Part shown: in pieces, positions 19,971 through 23,706 of the stretch
Layout of the letters: each line of letters opens with the position of its first letter
How positions within the stretch are numbered: position 1 is the stretch's first letter
Assembly (NCBI GenBank): GCA_024626585.2
Contig: JANKJI020000004.1
Coordinates: 90,527,062-90,550,767, forward strand
Reading direction: 5' to 3'
DNA: 23,706 bases
DNA from: Ginkgo biloba
Taxonomy: Eukaryota; Plantae; Ginkgophyta
Position numbers and translations under genes: made by a program
The notes under the pieces: model-generated
What the model was told of the DNA's origin: nothing
The model's input: only the letters and a program-made list of their open reading frames with translations
Database searches by the model: none

Positions 19971-22900
19971 GTTTTTGTGTAAATGAACAATAAGGGTTAA
20001 AAACCACATTTATGGCCTTAACTATCCCCAACATAAATCTCCCTTAATAAAATTCAAAATAAGGGTCAAATAGGATTAAGAAAATCCCCAAAATAAGGTT
20101 CCCTAACTTAATGGGCACTTAGAGTCATTATAAGTGAGATGGATCCTACATTTGAAGAGTTGTGACCCTTGGAGTAAGATGTCCAATTTCTAAACTATAT
20201 AAAGGCATTTTCCCCTCATTTCTTCTAACACATTCAAGAATTCATTATTATTTTTTATTCTAATTGTGAGAAACTATATTTTAGGAGAGTATTTCTCCTC
20301 TCTTCTACATAGAAATTCATAGTATTTGGACCCTTTTCTACTTAGAAGCAAAGTGCTTATTCTTCTCCCTGGTTAGTAGAGTGTTATCTCTCTCTTGATA
20401 TTTATATTAAATTATTGTGGATTTGTGACATTGATGTTGGATTTATTATACAAATACTCTATGATTATTACTATAACTATGATTTGTATATCATTTTGAT
20501 CAATGTTTGTTGTTATTTTTTAACTTTTAACATAATAAGTGGATCAGAGTTGAGTTCCTTCTCTTAATGAAGAGTGACTGAAGTATATTCAATTCATCAT
20601 TGTTTAAGACATAATTATACATAATTATTTTTAGATTCAGATAATTTAGATTGATCTATGTAGTTTAAAAAAAAGAAGTGTCTGATTGGGAGTTTGAAAG
20701 TTCCCAAAAAGTGCATTTAAAGTTGGGATAAATTCAAGTCATTTTTTAAGCTATTTGGTAGGCAATGTGCAAAATTTATAAGTTTAGGTGAATAATTTGG
20801 AAAATTTAGGGAGTATTTTTATACATTCAGAAATTACACATCTTCCCACATAGTTTCAAGGGAAATTTAGAGATATTTGGGTTCTAAACAAGGTTGAAAA
20901 ACTCATCAAAAGATAAGATGAGGTTTTAAAGTTATTTCTAGGGTACTAAAAGTAATTAATGGCACCAAAGTCATAAATTTATGAAATATTTTTTCATATT
21001 AAGAAATTACATATTTTTATACCCCAAATTCATATAAGGAGCATCAGAATTAGCCATTATATGACTCTGTAATTTATCCTAGAAGATAGGGTAAAATTTA
21101 AAGCTAAAATTAGGGTTTCAACCAGAGGTGATTGAATCTAAGGTATTTTTTCCTATTATTATTTTAAAATTTTCAAAAAAATTATAATTTTTATAATTGT
21201 TGGTATCTTATAGTTAAGTCGAATAAAATTTGAGATCAATTGTCTTTGGAAAGTATCTTTAACACTACAATCAAGTTAGGGTGTGATTTAAAGATAATGT
21301 CGAAGATAACTCCAAAAAGGTGATCAGATCATAGCCTTTAAGGAGAAAGCATGAAGATCTTGTTTTACTCATTTGAAGGAAAAATAACACTAGAAAAATG
21401 GTTTAAAATCTTTCTAGAATAATTATTCAATTATATTAGACTCCAAGATGAAAGGAGAAAGACATTGGCAATAATTTAGTCACCTTAAAGTTTAAGCTTA
21501 TATAGGGAAAAATGGATATGTAAACATTGGCATAAAAACTATCCATGGGATTTACTTGAGGACTTAAATAAGGAATTAGAGTTTGAGTAAAGTCAATACT
21601 ATAAAATGAAGAATTCATTTAGAGTAGTAGGACTTGAAGAAATTGACAATAAAAAGGAAGATTCGACCATTGAAGTGTCCTCTCTAGAATAAGAGTTTAG
21701 ATGAAGGGTTCAATAAACTTGCAGTAAAAAATGAATACATCGTAGAGGCTACCACTNNNNNNNNNNNNNNNNNNNNNNNNNNNNNNNNNNNNNNNNNNNN
21801 NNNNNNNNNNNNNNNNNNNNNNNNNNNNNNNNNNNNNNNNNNNNNNNNNNNNNNNNCATTGGGCTATTTGTTTTTAAGTAAGAGTTGATTCCACCTTGAT
21901 TAATGAGTATAGAGTATCATATGAGTCTAATTTTGTCCATTGGCCATTTAGCTCACCCATGATGAAATTGGGTCATTTACCATGGTGAAAGTCATAACTC
22001 TTCACCAATTAGTGTAACCATAGGATACACATGATTCAAAATGAAGCCACCAATTATATTGACCTCCTTCTTCTATATTTGTATTGTTGATTAATTACGT
22101 CAATGACCTCAAACCATAGAACCTCATATTATATCTATTATAATGGTACCATTATTATCTTCCTTATCAAGAATAAGATGATAAAGACCATATAAACATC
22201 CTCTTATATAGATACTATAATACTTCTAATAATAATTATTGATTCAAGATGAAGGATAGGAACCTTACCATAAAATAATACTAAGGAAGAAGATAAATTT
22301 GAATATGAAGAAATGGACCATGAAGATAATTATATGACAAAAATTATTATAATCCTAGCTTGTATGACAATACTAAGGATGACCCTCTTGATGGAGATGA
22401 AGAACCTAAACACTCTGAATAGGTAAAGTTTGGAAAAGAAAGTGACTCAAAATATTGAGAACCTAGAGAAGTGATTGAAGATGAAGAACTGGATGAAAAC
22501 ATCTAAGAGGAAGATCCTTCCGATGAAGAAGAACTAGATGAAGAAGAGTTGGCATACCCTCCTGATAAAAAAATAAGACCACTCAAAGAGGATGAGCAAC
22601 AAGAAAAAATTAAAGAACCAAGAAAAGATGAATAATTAAATATTGATGATGAGGATTTGGACAAATATTTTTATTCTAAAGGAGGTCGTAATGGATATCC
22701 AAATGAAGAACTACATAAAGATGATGATAGGGATGAAGATTATGATGACGACAAGGGTGATGATGACAAAGATTATTGTGAAGAAAAATATTATGATCCT
22801 GATGAACCTAAGGATACCATAAGTNNNNNNNNNNNNNNNNNNNNNNNNNNNNNNNNNNNNNNNNNNNNNAACCCTTGACACAATTAGATTATTCTGAAGA

Positions 22901-23706
22901 GATATTGCACGAAGGACTTACAAGGATAAAAGATAGTAATTTTATTGATTGAATAACCAGAGGGTTTGCCTATGATCTTGTTTGATATCTTTCCCCCAAA
23001 GAATGTTCCATCAAAATATAAGTATGTTTGTCACACTTGGTCTGAGAGAGAAAGAGCAAAGGCATAACAAAAGAATGAGAAACCAAGGCTAAAGTTGCAA
23101 TCCCATTCCATCCCCATATGAGCACAATTAAAATCTACTAGTATCCCAAAAGATACACCTTAGGAGTGATGCAGTGAAAGAATATAGCCTTATTTTTATC
23201 AATTATTTCCTTGAGGACAAGGCATATCTAAGGGGGAGGGTATGTTGTGTAAATACACAATAAGGGTTAAAAACCCTATTTATGGCCTTAACTAGGACCC
23301 AAGTTATAGATCCCTTAATAAAAGTCACAATAAGGGACAAATAGGATTAATAAAATCCCCAAAATAAGGCACCCTAAATTAAGGGATACTTAGACTCTTC
23401 ATAACTGCGATGGATCCTAGATTTGAAGAGTTGGCACCCTTGGAGTAAGATGCCCAATTTCTAGCTTATATAAATGCCTCTTCCCCTCATTTCTTCTCAC
23501 ACATTTAAGAATTGACTATTATTTCTTATTCTCCTTATGAGAACCTATATTTTAGGAGAAGATTTATCCTCTCTTCTACTTGGGAAATTAGAGTGCTTCC
23601 TTTTCTTTGTGGATAGCAAAGTTCTACCTCTCTCTTGAGATTTATATTGTATTATTATGAATTTGTGACATGGATATTGGATCTATTATACATATATTCT
23701 ATGATT
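19970..23706 (+). mobile_element. Old Ty3/gypsy (chromovirus-like) LTR retrotransposon: 5' LTR ~19970-20537, degenerate PBS 20540-20549, gag remnant ~21350-21650, PPT 23230-23240, 3' LTR 23243 to window end
   Basis: Two direct repeats, ~85% identical by eye (tgtgtaaat..acaataagggttaaaaacc...). TGGATCAGAG (tRNA-iMet PBS with a 1-nt loss) follows the first and AAGGGGGAGGG precedes the second. cttgaggacaag...aagggggaggg (LEDK..xG) is a chromovirus-type integrase tail. No intact pol is seen; two gaps lie inside. Confidence 0.85.

Noticed and set aside
22657-22878. Acidic D/E-rich ORF as a host gene
   Set aside because: Inside the LTR element, non-ATG start, surrounded by stop-riddled sequence of the same composition, and runs through a gap.

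Overview
AT-rich, repeat-dense plant (gymnosperm, most likely Ginkgo biloba) genomic window with six N-gaps. The only intact gene is an intronless, secreted single-DUF26 protein at 7269-7673 (+). It is a close paralog of the antifungal seed lectin ginkbilobin-2 (Gnk2): it keeps all six Cys and the mannose-binding triad but lacks four surface arginines. The flanks hold a nested set of gene-fragment-carrying repeats that the ORF track largely misses. (i) A composite repeat carrying a splice-acceptor-flanked, truncated GH9 endoglucanase terminal exon occurs in three copies: ~6451-6837, ~11318-14445 and inverted ~18015-19970. (ii) A ~1.3 kb non-autonomous Helitron (12428-13735, -) sits inside the middle copy and carries a UDP-glycosyltransferase PSPG-box fragment; it is partly duplicated at 10025-11050. 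(iii) The copy in the Gnk2-like promoter has escaped CpG decay, and a W-box formed at its junction has been doubled by a 79-bp tandem duplication, a candidate for transposon-derived promoter wiring of a defence gene. The remainder is degenerate Ty3/gypsy LTR retroelement debris, minisatellites and a possible LRR pseudogene fragment. All alignments were made by eye and reference sequences were recalled from memory; no searches were run.
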